Positions 10,424-20,891 are shown, counted from the stretch's first letter. The stretch is DNA of 64,000 nucleotides from Bdellovibrio sp. (GCA_036677065.1 JAKFBS010000002.1:352001-416000), one strand, 5' to 3'. A program made the numbers and translations. The notes: generated from the letters alone by a model not told the origin.

Positions 10424-11395
10424 TTACTTTTGCGCTGCTTCAATAAGCTTTAAATCGTCTAAATTTTGTGTAGAAAACACTTCGAACTCAGCATCAATTT
10501 TCTTTAAAAGGCCTTTTAAAACGCTGCCATGTCCACACTCAACAAATCGTTTATGACCTGCTTGTTTCATAGCCAACATGCTCTGAGTCCATTTAACTGA
10601 TCCAGAAACTTGTTTGATTAGATTTTCTTTTAAAATTAAAGCCTCAGTTTCAGCTTTTGCATGAAAATTTTGAAAGATCGGAAGCGTAGAGTTTTGAAAA
10701 TTTACGCCATTTAAAAATGCGCGCATTTTTTCTTCTGCTGGCTTCATTAAATCACAGTGAAACGGGGCAGATACTTGGAGTGGAATTAACTTAGCACGAC
10801 GTGGTTCTGGTAATCCGTTGGCCGCAAAAATTTCTGATTTAAAATTATCTTTTAGCCAATTTAAGGCTTTTAAACTTCCGCTGATAACGATCTGGCCGTC
10901 ACAGTTAAAGTTAGCCGCGTTCACAGGTTTAAAACCTGAGTTTTTTTCTGTCCATTGACATAAAAACATAACCTGAGCTTCATCTAACCCTAATGTCGCC
11001 GTCATTCCACCTTCACCAACAGGCACAGCTGATTGCATATATTGACCGCGGCTACGTACAGCGCGAACTGCATCTGGAAAACTAAATACTGAGCCTTCAA
11101 CAAATGACGAGTATTCGCCGATTGAGTGCCCCGCCGTTGCAGAAGGCTTAAGGCCAAAAGTCGTTTTTAAAACACGGGCAGTGGCCACGGATGTCGTCAA
11201 AAGGGCTGGCTGAGTATTTTCTGTTAAAGCTAGGTCTTGCTCAGAACCTTCAAAGCATAATTTTTTTAAATCAATTGATAGGGCGTCACTGGCTTCTTCG
11301 TACGTGTTACGCGCGATCGCGAATTCATCGAATAAGAATTTTCCCATTCCTGGGGCTTGGCTTCCTTGTCCTGGAAAAATAAAAGAAAATGACAT
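10424..11395 (-). CDS. fabD: malonyl-CoA:ACP transacylase
   Basis: FPGQGSQ, GHSIGEY, VSAPFH. Confidence 0.97.
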   Translation of the reverse strand: MSFSFIFPGQGSQAPGMGKFLFDEFAIARNTYEEASDALSIDLKKLCFEGSEQDLALTENTQPALLTTSVATARVLKTTFGLKPSATAGHSIGEYSSFVEGSVFSFPDAVRAVRSRGQYMQSAVPVGEGGMTATLGLDEAQVMFLCQWTEKNSGFKPVNAANFNCDGQIVISGSLKALNWLKDNFKSEIFAANGLPEPRRAKLIPLQVSAPFHCDLMKPAEEKMRAFLNGVNFQNSTLPIFQNFHAKAETEALILKENLIKQVSGSVKWTQSMLAMKQAGHKRFVECGHGSVLKGLLKKIDAEFEVFSTQNLDDLKLIEAAQK

Positions 11396-11438
11396 AACAA
11401 ACTCCCTTGTTATTAAATTTCAAAATTTAAATGTAAAT

Positions 11439-12440
11439 TTAGAAACGAAGTAATACTGATCCTGAAGTTAAACCAGAACCGAACGCTGTGAGTAGTATTA
11501 ACTGTCCGCGTTTAAGACGACCATCGCGGTAAGCCATATCAAAGGCAATCGGAACAGACGCTGCAGATGTGTTTCCAGTTTCGTGAACTGAAGAAACGAT
11601 TTTATCCATTGAAAAATCAAATTGATTAGCAACAGCTTCAGTAATGCGAAGATTGGCCTGATGTGGAACAATCCAATCAAGATCTGCCGGAGTTTTTCCA
11701 GCTGCATCTAAAGCTTCGTGGCAGGCTGTAGCCATTGTGCGAACTGCATGTTTAAAGATTTCTTTACCCTTCATTTTCATGAAGTGTGCGCCTGAATCTA
11801 AAACTTCTTGAGAGAATGGCGTTTTTGTTCCGCCGGCTTCAAACCATAAAAGTTCAGCGTGCGAACCTTCGGCGTGACAATGACTTGTGATAATTGTGTT
11901 TTCATCTGTTGCACTTGCGCGTGATACGACCATTGCGCCAGCGCCATCGCCAAATAAAATACAAGTTTCGCGGTCTTTATAATTCACTAGGCGAGATAAA
12001 GTCTCGGCACCAGCGATTAAGATATTTTTATAAGTTCCATTTTTGATAAATTGATCAGCGATATGCATCGCGTACACAAAGCCTGTGCAAGCCGCGCTAA
12101 TATCAAAAGCCATAACGTTCTTAGCGCCTAGCTTGGTTTGTACGATACAAGCTGTGCCCGGCATACGGTAGTCGCCAGAGATAGTAGCTACAATAATTAA
12201 ATCAATATCTTGAGCGGTAAGATTAGCGTCTTTAAGGGCGTTTTGTGCAGCCTTAACGACTAGATCCGATGTAGCTTCAGTTGGTGCAGCTACATGGCGA
12301 TGTACAATACCTGTACGTTGAACAACCCAGTCGTGAGAAGTTTCGACCAATTTTTCAAGGTCGTAATTCGTTAAAACTTTTTCGGGTAGGTATGATCCTA
12401 CCCCGCTGATTCTGGTTTTAAACTGACTGGTGATAGACAT
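11439..12440 (-). CDS. fabH: 3-oxoacyl-ACP synthase III
   Basis: AACTGF, PHQAN, GNTSAAS. Confidence 0.97.
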   Translation of the reverse strand: MSITSQFKTRISGVGSYLPEKVLTNYDLEKLVETSHDWVVQRTGIVHRHVAAPTEATSDLVVKAAQNALKDANLTAQDIDLIIVATISGDYRMPGTACIVQTKLGAKNVMAFDISAACTGFVYAMHIADQFIKNGTYKNILIAGAETLSRLVNYKDRETCILFGDGAGAMVVSRASATDENTIITSHCHAEGSHAELLWFEAGGTKTPFSQEVLDSGAHFMKMKGKEIFKHAVRTMATACHEALDAAGKTPADLDWIVPHQANLRITEAVANQFDFSMDKIVSSVHETGNTSAASVPIAFDMAYRDGRLKRGQLILLTAFGSGLTSGSVLLRF

Positions 12441-12453
12441 AGTGGATTAAGTA

Positions 12454-12648
12454 CTACTTTTTAGCTTTAGCGGCGCTGATTTGTTTACCTTTATAGTAAA
12501 GAGCTCCGTCAGCAGCTTTAAAAGCGCGGTGAGGACGTACTAATTCTCCAGATTTTTTATCAATTGCCATCGCTGGTAATGCTAATCCATCGTGCGATCT
12601 TCTCATGTCACGAACTGATTTCGACGTTTTCTTCTTCGGTGTAGGCAT
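12454..12648 (-). CDS. rpmF: 50S ribosomal protein L32 (Cys-less form)
   Basis: [18 protein letters not shown]...PHR...YYKGK; lies between yceD and fabH. Confidence 0.93.
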   Translation of the reverse strand: MPTPKKKTSKSVRDMRRSHDGLALPAMAIDKKSGELVRPHRAFKAADGALYYKGKQISAAKAKK

Positions 12649-12747
12649 TTCAAACTCCTAATAAATCATTAATTTTGCTGCAAGCAAATTCACTTATATA
12701 TAAATGAAGGTTCTAATTTATGTATGATAGCGCCCCAAAAGGCAATA

Positions 12748-13311
12748 CTAATTTAATTTAAGCCCTTTGAGTACATTAAAGGCATTGTTCTTTTTCTCGT
12801 GTTCAATGGTATTGTCCATTTTTTCATCATAGATAAAGGTATCTGAATCAGCACTTTTGATGGCCGCTTTACAGGCTGGATCACCTTTGTCATGACGAGG
12901 ATTAAATGGGATCGAGAACGCTAAAGCTTCGTGCAAGAACTCGCCAATATCAAACTGCTCACCGAAATACTCAGAAACACTGGGGCCGTCTTGATTAAGT
13001 TCAGAAACATGGTTTGATTTAGAGAATTGGCTATTTTTAATCTCTTCAGCGCCTGGAATCAAAATTTCATGCACCGAGGCTTGCGCTTTAAAGTTAAAAT
13101 TTTCACCGCACGTAGAGCACAATTCTTCAGTTTCGCTCTTAATCGAGCCCTTTAGATCGTAATTCTTAGTGTTTAACGGACGGATGAACACTTGCGCCGT
13201 GTATTCAGCCTTACCAATCAGGTCTTCTAAAACTGCGTTTAATTCGCCGGTTTTACGGTTAAATACATAGTCGCGGCCATCTTCTGGAATTTCGTTTAAT
13301 TTAATTTTCAT
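12748..13311 (-). CDS. yceD: YceD/DUF177 family protein
   Basis: CSTC motif, C-terminal AFNVLKGLK, position upstream of rpmF. Confidence 0.85.
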   Translation of the reverse strand: MKIKLNEIPEDGRDYVFNRKTGELNAVLEDLIGKAEYTAQVFIRPLNTKNYDLKGSIKSETEELCSTCGENFNFKAQASVHEILIPGAEEIKNSQFSKSNHVSELNQDGPSVSEYFGEQFDIGEFLHEALAFSIPFNPRHDKGDPACKAAIKSADSDTFIYDEKMDNTIEHEKKNNAFNVLKGLKLN

Positions 13312-13336
13312 AATGTACGATCCTTATACCTAATTT

Positions 13337-13957
13337 TTAATTTCTTTTCCAGCCATAATTAAAGCTCACACTAATTCGTGGCTCGGCTGTTGTGTTTAAT
13401 GGAACTTCATGTCGTAACCAGCTCTCAAACATCACCACATCACCTTCATCAGGTTTAAGCGTAATAAAGCGCTGATTGATTAGTTTGGCTTTCAACTTTG
13501 GCATGGGTGCGTTCATAAAAAAACCTAAGCGTGGGTCTTCAAATTTAATAGGGCTTGAGCCTTTTGGCAGTTGTAAATACACCGTACCACTTATAACAGA
13601 TAGTGGGTGGATATGAGCTGTATGCTGTGCCCCTTCGGGCATTACATTCACCCAGCATTGGCTAAGATATAGATCTTTGGCGCTGATTTCGAACTCTAAG
13701 GCGTTTAGGTAGTTTTTAAGATGGATTTCAAGGGTTTGCTCTAATTTTTTAAAGCTAGGCATAACCATATGCAACTTATCAACCGAGCCATAGCTGGTGT
13801 ACCCTGAAACATAATTTTTCTCTGACCAGTTATGGCCAGCTTCGTCCGACGCCAACAGATTTTCGACGTCTTCCAAGAGCTGGTTACCTAAAGAGCGAAG
13901 AATCTTGGGGTTAGCTAAGGGCTTATTGTAAATTTGTGTCACGAAGGCTTGTATCAT
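13337..13957 (-). CDS. TIGR02466 family 2OG-Fe(II) oxygenase-like protein
   Basis: GYTSY, HIHP.S.ISG.VY, FESWLRHEV, RISVSFN. Confidence 0.85.
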   Translation of the reverse strand: MIQAFVTQIYNKPLANPKILRSLGNQLLEDVENLLASDEAGHNWSEKNYVSGYTSYGSVDKLHMVMPSFKKLEQTLEIHLKNYLNALEFEISAKDLYLSQCWVNVMPEGAQHTAHIHPLSVISGTVYLQLPKGSSPIKFEDPRLGFFMNAPMPKLKAKLINQRFITLKPDEGDVVMFESWLRHEVPLNTTAEPRISVSFNYGWKRN

Positions 13958-14098
13958 AAGGGCTCATATTTACGGTATAACCCCTTAATATGTTAGCCCT
14001 TTTTCGCCTATGTAAAATTATTTTACACCTCATAAGAATTCCTAATTGGTTTTAACCGATCTGAGACCTTACTTTGTCTTAAGTTGAGATTCAGAAAT

Positions 14099-14113
14099 GG
14101 GTCTGACGGTTGC
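14099..14113 (+). promoter_or_regulatory. putative sigma54 promoter
   Basis: GGGTCT-GACGG-TTGC (GG-N10-GC spacing) about 33 bp upstream of ATG 14146. Confidence 0.45.
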
Positions 14114-14145
14114 AAGTACATAAGAGTAAGAAACAAGGAGTTTAT

Positions 14146-14478
14146 ATGAAAACATTAAAATCTTTAGCTTTAATCTCAATGATGGTTTTAGGATCTCAAG
14201 CTTATGCCATTGAAACAGTAGATTTTCGTGACATCATTAAAGAGAACTCTCAAGCGCAAACTGACTTACATAAACAAATCAAAGAAACAGTAGATTCTAG
14301 CCGTATCGCCGCTCAAACGTCTGATACAGGGTCTCAAGTTATCGCTGACAACGCTCAAACAGTTCATGTTAGAACTAAAAAAGATATGTTAACTTTTGCC
14401 AAAGAAAAAAAGCACAGCGCAGCTTCGCAAAAACAAAATGATAAAAGACTTGCGCAAGAGTTCCAAGATTTAGAATAA
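14146..14478 (+). CDS. secreted hypothetical protein
   Basis: RBS AGGAG then ATG 14146; signal peptide ending in AYA. Confidence 0.7.
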   Translation: MKTLKSLALISMMVLGSQAYAIETVDFRDIIKENSQAQTDLHKQIKETVDSSRIAAQTSDTGSQVIADNAQTVHVRTKKDMLTFAKEKKHSAASQKQNDKRLAQEFQDLE

Positions 14479-14485
14479 TAAGTGG

Positions 14486-14920
14486 GTGCAAACCCTTAAA
14501 TTATTCACCCTTATTTTTTTCATTTCAATCTCTGGCCTAGCAGCTGGTAAAAATAAAAAGCAAATGCAAGTGCAGCCAGTTATTCTGGCTGTTTCTTTTG
14601 AAGCCTTTGATAAAAACAAACAACTCTTAAATACCTTTTCATTTGATGGCGAACAGAAAACTGTTATTGCCGCCGACGTTAAAAATACCGGAAATTTCAA
14701 ATGTGAGAGTTCTGGGCAATTTGAAGTCGTACCTTTAAATGGTCAGAAATACATCGCTGCGTTTTTTAATTTCGAATGCGGCGAAAACGATCAAAAAACC
14801 AAATCAAAAATCGGCCGCCTATTAATTTCTGTTAACGATTATAAAAGCTTTTCTAAGACCATTTTTCTTCACAAAAACCAGCCAGAAGTTGTGCTTAAAA
14901 TTAAAGAACTTACCCTTTAA
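14486..14920 (+). CDS. secreted hypothetical protein
   Basis: N-terminal signal-like hydrophobic segment; directly follows the previous gene. Confidence 0.55.
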   Translation: MQTLKLFTLIFFISISGLAAGKNKKQMQVQPVILAVSFEAFDKNKQLLNTFSFDGEQKTVIAADVKNTGNFKCESSGQFEVVPLNGQKYIAAFFNFECGENDQKTKSKIGRLLISVNDYKSFSKTIFLHKNQPEVVLKIKELTL

Positions 14921-15031
14921 TTGGCGCTAAGCGGTAAGCAAAGAGCGATTATCGGTTGTCATTTCAATCAAATATGACAAAACTATCCCACATTATTATA
15001 GAGCTAAAATACTACTAACTAGGAGATTCGC

Positions 15032-16147
15032 TTGGGTACTTTTGAAATGATCGCAAAGCACGGAGAACACGAAGAGATTTTATTTTGCCACGATAAAGAT
15101 GTTGGTCTTAAAGCCATCATTGCTATTCATAATACGGCGTTAGGCCCGGCTCTTGGTGGAACGCGCATGTGGAACTACAAAACTGAAGACGAAGCCTTAA
15201 CTGACGTATTAAGACTTTCTAAAGGTATGACTTACAAAGCTTCTGCAGCTGGCCTTAACTTAGGTGGCGGTAAAGCGGTTATCATCGGCGATCCTAAAAC
15301 ACAAAAAACTGAAGGTTTATTTCGCGCTTTCGGACATTTCGTAAATTCTTTAAACGGCAAATATATCACAGCTGAAGATGTTGGTACTGCTGAAAAAGAC
15401 ATGGAATACATCTACATGGAAACTCCGTGGGTTACTGGTATTCCTAAAGATTTCGGTGGTTCAGGCGATCCGTCTCCATACACTGCCCACGGTGTGTTAA
15501 TGGGTATCAAAGCTGCGGCTCACGAAAAATTCGGCACCGATGCTTTAAAAGGAATGCGCATTGCGGTTCAGGGCCTTGGTAATGTTGGTTCTAATTTAGT
15601 TAAGTACTTAACTGAAGAAGGTGCACAAATTATCGTTTCTGATATCGATCAAGCTCGTGTAACTAAAATCGTAAATACTTTTGGCGTTAAAGCTGTAAGT
15701 ACTGAAGAAATTTTAGGTGTTGATTGTGATATTCAAGCCCCATGTGCAATGGGTGCGATCGTTAATGATCAAACAATTGGTAAATTTAAATGTAAAGTTA
15801 TTGCTGGTGGAGCAAACAATCAATTAGCTGAACCTCGTCACGGCGATCATTTACGTGAATTAGGTATTTTATATGCTCCGGATTACGTTGTTAATGCTGG
15901 TGGCCTTATGAACGTATTCGTCGAACTAGAAGGTTATTCTCCAGACCGTGCGTTTGAGAAAACTCGCAAAGTTTATGATAACGTTAAAAGAGTATTTGAA
16001 ATCGCTAAGCGCGATAATATCGGCACTCACACGGCGGCTGATCGTATGGCTGAAGAGCGTATCCAAACAATTGGTAACCTTAAAAAACGTCACCCGGGTA
16101 AATCAGACCGCGCGTTCTCGACTTTAAAAGAAATTAAAAACAGATAA
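15032..16147 (+). CDS. ldh: Leu/Phe/Val dehydrogenase
   Basis: GPALGGTR, GMTYK, GGGKAVI, TAEDVG, GLGNVG, APDYVVNAGG; AGGAG RBS with TTG start. Confidence 0.93.
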   Translation: MGTFEMIAKHGEHEEILFCHDKDVGLKAIIAIHNTALGPALGGTRMWNYKTEDEALTDVLRLSKGMTYKASAAGLNLGGGKAVIIGDPKTQKTEGLFRAFGHFVNSLNGKYITAEDVGTAEKDMEYIYMETPWVTGIPKDFGGSGDPSPYTAHGVLMGIKAAAHEKFGTDALKGMRIAVQGLGNVGSNLVKYLTEEGAQIIVSDIDQARVTKIVNTFGVKAVSTEEILGVDCDIQAPCAMGAIVNDQTIGKFKCKVIAGGANNQLAEPRHGDHLRELGILYAPDYVVNAGGLMNVFVELEGYSPDRAFEKTRKVYDNVKRVFEIAKRDNIGTHTAADRMAEERIQTIGNLKKRHPGKSDRAFSTLKEIKNR

Positions 16148-16177
16148 TTTTTACGACATAAGAAAAGAGATATAAAA

Positions 16178-16864
16178 ATGGAATTTTTAGAAAAAAATGT
16201 AAAAGGAATTTTAGGCATTGCTGGTCTGGTTATCGTTGCTGGCCTAGTTGCTACTTTAGTAAATGCAAACTCAATTAAAAAAGAAAAACAAACACAAGAA
16301 AAGTTTTTCGCAATTGATGCTAAAGTTAAAAAGTATAAAGAAGAAAAATTCAAAGCTACTGATAAAACAGCTGAGAAAAAAGAAGAAGTGGCTTCGGTTC
16401 CTGTTGATGTAAATCAATTAAAAACAGAACTTGATGCTTTTGTTTCTGAAAACACTGGCTCAGTTGCCGCTCAAATTGCTGGTCTTGAATTAGCAAATCT
16501 TTTGTCTGATGAAAACAAATCAGCTGAGGCTTTAGCTTTACTGCAAAAAGTAGAGACTAAGACTGATCTATTATCGAATGTTTTAGTTCGCATGAAAATC
16601 GCACAAAGCTTAGCTGATCAAGATAAATGCTCAGAAGCTTTAGTTATCTGGGGTAAAGTTTTATCTTCAAAAGCTACATCGTATCTACATGCAGAAGCAA
16701 AAATCAATCAGGCTTTATGTTATAAAAAAATGAATGATCTAGCTAAAGCTGAAGAGATTTTAAACCAAGTTAAAAACGATAAAACGGATGAAACAGGCCA
16801 ATCAAATCGTGAAGCTGATAGAATCTTAAGACTAATTCAATTTAACAAATCTTTTGGAACATAA
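16178..16864 (+). CDS. YfgM-like membrane-anchored TPR protein
   Basis: N-terminal TM helix, TPR-like helices, upstream of a bamB-like gene. Confidence 0.7.
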   Translation: MEFLEKNVKGILGIAGLVIVAGLVATLVNANSIKKEKQTQEKFFAIDAKVKKYKEEKFKATDKTAEKKEEVASVPVDVNQLKTELDAFVSENTGSVAAQIAGLELANLLSDENKSAEALALLQKVETKTDLLSNVLVRMKIAQSLADQDKCSEALVIWGKVLSSKATSYLHAEAKINQALCYKKMNDLAKAEEILNQVKNDKTDETGQSNREADRILRLIQFNKSFGT

Positions 16865-16871
16865 TATTTTT

Positions 16872-18014
16872 ATGTCTAAATATGCGCTTATCTTTTTGGC
16901 TTTCGGTTTTATCGGGTGCCAACATATCGAAAAAAACAACGGTGAAAAAAAAGATCTAAAGGTAAGTGCCTTCTGGGTTCAAGATACTTTAAAAGAACCT
17001 AATGTTGGATATCGTAAGATTAATCGGTTTGCGCCGATTCTTTATAAAGACCTGATTGTTGTAGCTAACGGTCTAGAAGGACTCGTTGCCTACGATATCT
17101 TAGATAAAACTAAAAAATGGTCTATTGCGATCGATAAAGGCATTGAATCAGCAGGAACCGTGATTAATTCACGCCTTTTTGTTGGTGGTTTAAACGGAAT
17201 TTTTTATTCTATCGATTTAGATACCGCTAAAATCGTCTGGGAGTTTGATACAAGATCTGAAGTTGTTGCCGAACCCCTAATTAATGATGGATTTGTGTAT
17301 TTTTTAAGTGGATCAAACATTTTATACTGCTTAGATGCTACAAATGGCCGTCAAATCTGGGTGTATAACCGCCAAGATACAGCAACTCAAATGACTGTAC
17401 GTGGTGGCGCAAAGCCAGCCATTTCGAGTGGGCAGATTTATCAGGGTTTCAGCGATGGATCATTAGTCTCATTAAACGCAAAAACCGGAACTCCGAATTG
17501 GGAAGTTTTATTAAATCGTAATACTAAATTTAAAGATATCGATGCCAGCGCCGTGATTGAAGGCGATACGATTTATATCAACAGTTATGATGATAAATTG
17601 TACGCGGTTTCAAAATCATCTGGAACTATTTTATGGAAGTCTGAATTCGGCGGAGCAACGCCTCCGATCGTTTTTTCTGATCGTTTAGTTTACTCGTCGT
17701 CTAAAGGCCATTTAATGGTTGTAACTAAAAAGTCGGGTGAACTGATTTGGAAAGTTTCAAACTTAAAAGGCATTGCCACTGAACCTGTTTCACACAAAGG
17801 TTTAATTGCGATTGGCGAATCACAAGGCGCTGTTTTATTTTACGACCTTATCAACGGGCAGCTTAAAGGTAGCTTTGATCCAGGGCGTGGGGTTTTAGGG
17901 CGCTTAACAACAGATAAAAATAAACGTGTTTATTTTATGTCAGGTGAAGCTAATGTTTATGGTGTTTTAGTTGAGTACACGAATAAAAACTCGAACTTTT
18001 CATTTTTAGAATAG
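16872..18014 (+). CDS. bamB: BamB-like PQQ-repeat beta-propeller lipoprotein
   Basis: FIGC lipobox, repeated LD..TG..IW blades, yfgM-bamB synteny. Confidence 0.75.
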   Translation: MSKYALIFLAFGFIGCQHIEKNNGEKKDLKVSAFWVQDTLKEPNVGYRKINRFAPILYKDLIVVANGLEGLVAYDILDKTKKWSIAIDKGIESAGTVINSRLFVGGLNGIFYSIDLDTAKIVWEFDTRSEVVAEPLINDGFVYFLSGSNILYCLDATNGRQIWVYNRQDTATQMTVRGGAKPAISSGQIYQGFSDGSLVSLNAKTGTPNWEVLLNRNTKFKDIDASAVIEGDTIYINSYDDKLYAVSKSSGTILWKSEFGGATPPIVFSDRLVYSSSKGHLMVVTKKSGELIWKVSNLKGIATEPVSHKGLIAIGESQGAVLFYDLINGQLKGSFDPGRGVLGRLTTDKNKRVYFMSGEANVYGVLVEYTNKNSNFSFLE

Positions 18015-18021
18015 GAAATAT

Positions 18022-18438
18022 ATGAAGTTTGTTTTAGCTCTATTAATCATTGGATCTTTATTTTCATGTTCGACTAGAACATGTAAACCCAATGAAAATC
18101 TTGAACAAACTCAAGATGCAGCTGCTCAAAAAAATCTACCTATCGCGGGCGAGACGAAAATTTCACCAACAACGAATATGACAAATCAAAATAAAAAACT
18201 AAAAGTTTATAAGCCAGATGGCTCTGTTCAATGTGAACCAGGCACCGGAACTTCTGCTGCTGAAATGGCAAAACAGCTTGGTGATATCAAAGTTTATTCT
18301 TCTGAAAACAAACATGATGGTTTAATCCGTATTCAAGTCTGCGGACAGCCAACAGGTAACTGTAACGTCTTTGAAATTAACGAAGCTGATTTTGCCAAAG
18401 CTTCAATCCTTGGTTTTAAAAAGTGGAAAAGTAACTAA
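18022..18438 (+). CDS. hypothetical lipoprotein
   Basis: LFSC lipobox; KPDGSVQC...QVCG..TG motif. Confidence 0.7.
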   Translation: MKFVLALLIIGSLFSCSTRTCKPNENLEQTQDAAAQKNLPIAGETKISPTTNMTNQNKKLKVYKPDGSVQCEPGTGTSAAEMAKQLGDIKVYSSENKHDGLIRIQVCGQPTGNCNVFEINEADFAKASILGFKKWKSN

Positions 18439-18525
18439 ATCCATCGCCGTTCGCCCAATAGCGTATCATTGTAAAACACTTAGACAGATAAGCCTTACCA
18501 GCTCAAATAGGACGGGTATAGGGCT

Positions 18526-18540
18526 TGGCCCTGGTCTCGC
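18526..18540 (+). promoter_or_regulatory. putative sigma54 promoter
   Basis: TGGCCC-TGGTC-TCGC upstream of ATG 18582. Confidence 0.5.
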
Positions 18541-18581
18541 TATTACTCCAATTGGAATTAAAACCCAATTTAGGAGCTATT

Positions 18582-19661
18582 ATGAAGTCTTCACGTTTAT
18601 TAAAGGCATTTACCCTAGGTTTTGCTTTAACTATTTCTTCTAATGCATTTGCGGCCTCTGCGCAGCAGTTATTATCTGAAGACTTACAAGCAGGGATTAA
18701 ATCTCTTCCGCGTGAAACACGTCTTTATCATTATTTCGGAATTAATCTTAACGGTAACAAATTAGAAGATACGAATTTAAAAAAAGCTAAAAACCGTTAT
18801 TCAATGGTTCAAGACCGCGTAAAATACGCAGCTGAGGGTTTTTGGAATTTAAATGACAATACAACCAGACTAGCTAATGCAGGTCTTGGTTTATACTTAG
18901 CCATTGATCCATTTGCTTCTTCTCCGGCGGCTGCACCCGATACAGGAGCTAACTTTGGTTCGACAATGGTTGAAGTTACTTTCAATGCCGGAACTAAATA
19001 TTTAGATTTAATGAAAGACATCCCGCTACGTGAAGAAACTATCCAAGCTATCGTTACTGAAACTGGAATGAGCCAAGCAGATGCTGCTAAACTTTTACTG
19101 CCCCGTAATGAAATTAAATCAAACGGGGAAACAGGCGTGGCGCATAAAGGTTTTGCGCGCGATACATTGCAATTTATGGCAGAAAAGCAAAACGCGAACT
19201 TTAGAAAATTAGTTTACGCAGTTTACTCACAATCTGGAATTGCTATGACTGAGTACGGCTGGCAAGCAGCTACGACTTCATTTTGTGGATCTACAAATCC
19301 GCACCGCTCCGCTTTAGTTTATGTCGGCGGTCCACAAACACAAAATGCAATCAAATCGGTAACAATGATTTACTGGGCTCAACATTCAGCTGAATTAGAT
19401 GCTCAGGAAGTTGAAGCTTTAGAGCGTAATAAAAAACTTTATAGCGTATTACAGCCATTACGCCCGTTAGAGAAAAGCTATCAGTCAATTGCAGATGATG
19501 CTTATAAGGCTAAAAAAGCTGGCGATAAAGCTACGGCAAAACAATTAAGCGCACAATTGCCAGAAATTATTTCGAATATCAATACAACGATCAGCTCAGT
19601 TTATTCTGATCAGGCTGAATTATTAGACCTTCGCTCTAAAACTTTTGAGTGCATGAAATAA
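18582..19661 (+). CDS. secreted protein with putative ADP-ribosyltransferase-like fold
   Basis: AGGAG RBS, signal peptide (AFA|A); RLYHY...GLGLYLAIDP..S...FG.TMVEV pattern. Confidence 0.55.
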   Translation: MKSSRLLKAFTLGFALTISSNAFAASAQQLLSEDLQAGIKSLPRETRLYHYFGINLNGNKLEDTNLKKAKNRYSMVQDRVKYAAEGFWNLNDNTTRLANAGLGLYLAIDPFASSPAAAPDTGANFGSTMVEVTFNAGTKYLDLMKDIPLREETIQAIVTETGMSQADAAKLLLPRNEIKSNGETGVAHKGFARDTLQFMAEKQNANFRKLVYAVYSQSGIAMTEYGWQAATTSFCGSTNPHRSALVYVGGPQTQNAIKSVTMIYWAQHSAELDAQEVEALERNKKLYSVLQPLRPLEKSYQSIADDAYKAKKAGDKATAKQLSAQLPEIISNINTTISSVYSDQAELLDLRSKTFECMK

Positions 19662-19680
19662 TCTTTTGAAGGATTAATTT

Positions 19681-20844
19681 ATGAAAACACTTTTAGCCAC
19701 GTTAATTTTATTTTTAGCTGCTACACAGGCTTTTGCCTGTGACGCTTCTATCGAAAAATTCTCGCGCGATTGCGGGCTGCAAGATCGTATGGCTAAAATC
19801 CGCACTGATTATGCGGCGATTGGTGTAGATGTTGATGAAATCGGCGAGTACAAAATATTGCGTTTTATTGATCGTGCTTCTTGGGAAAAAGCAAAATTAT
19901 TAAAAAAAGCACCAAATAACATTTATAATCCAGCTCCCGCTACCTGGCAGGTTTGGGAAAAAGGTATTGATTCATTATTTAAAGGCCAACAGTTAAAACA
20001 TGTTTTATTTGGCAAAATGAATTTAAATCAAAGTATTTTTTCTCGTATTAATACTGTTTTATTAACTGATGGTGTGACTAGCATTAAAGATAAAAATACC
20101 TCACAAAGCAAAAAACCGGGTGAATTTCGTCATAATAGCGATGTTGGCGTTGGCTGGTGTGCAGCCAGTGCGAACGCCAATAACTACCGTTTAAGTATCC
20201 GTAAATCTGAAGATTCAATGGAGCGTTTTCAAAAACGCTGGGAGTCTTTAATGGGTGTTCAATTTCGTGATATCGTAAAAAACGAAGATGGATCTAACTG
20301 GCGCCGAGCTGATTTGCAATCGGGTATGCATGTTACTGATGGCGCTTGCCGCGGCGGCGACGGTGTTTTTATCGGCTACAGTGATTCTGGCCAAGTTGAA
20401 AGACAAATTGATTGGATCCGTATTTTTATTAAATCTAATTTAGAAAGTTATCATCGTGGCGAACCAAAGCTTGCTCCGGTTGAATTAGCTGCCGTTGCGC
20501 AGAAATGGTTTGTCAGCGTTCATCCTTTTGCGGATGGTAACGGCCGTACATCACGTGGTGTGCAAGAATTAATTATGGCTAATTTTGGGTTACCATTTGT
20601 ACCCGGTGGCGATCTTCAAAACGATGCTATGGAAGATGTTGATGTTTATATTGAAAATACCTATAAAAAACTTGATTCAATGTTAACTCAACTTGAAATG
20701 TGTGTAAAACAACGCGCTGACTTACAAATTCCAAGAGCTTGCCGCACAATTGATGAACTAAATAATAATAGAATCTCTGATGATGAAGCTGAACAACCAG
20801 CGCCGCCGGCGCAAGAAGTTCAACAGATTCAAAACGGCGGCTAA
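19681..20844 (+). CDS. secreted Fic-domain protein (putative AMPylase)
   Basis: Canonical HPFADGNGRTSR motif, PGEFR motif, N-terminal signal peptide. Confidence 0.88.
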   Translation: MKTLLATLILFLAATQAFACDASIEKFSRDCGLQDRMAKIRTDYAAIGVDVDEIGEYKILRFIDRASWEKAKLLKKAPNNIYNPAPATWQVWEKGIDSLFKGQQLKHVLFGKMNLNQSIFSRINTVLLTDGVTSIKDKNTSQSKKPGEFRHNSDVGVGWCAASANANNYRLSIRKSEDSMERFQKRWESLMGVQFRDIVKNEDGSNWRRADLQSGMHVTDGACRGGDGVFIGYSDSGQVERQIDWIRIFIKSNLESYHRGEPKLAPVELAAVAQKWFVSVHPFADGNGRTSRGVQELIMANFGLPFVPGGDLQNDAMEDVDVYIENTYKKLDSMLTQLEMCVKQRADLQIPRACRTIDELNNNRISDDEAEQPAPPAQEVQQIQNGG

Positions 20845-20891
20845 TCATATAATCGCCAAAGCCTGGACTGTCGTATTGTGATACATCCCTT

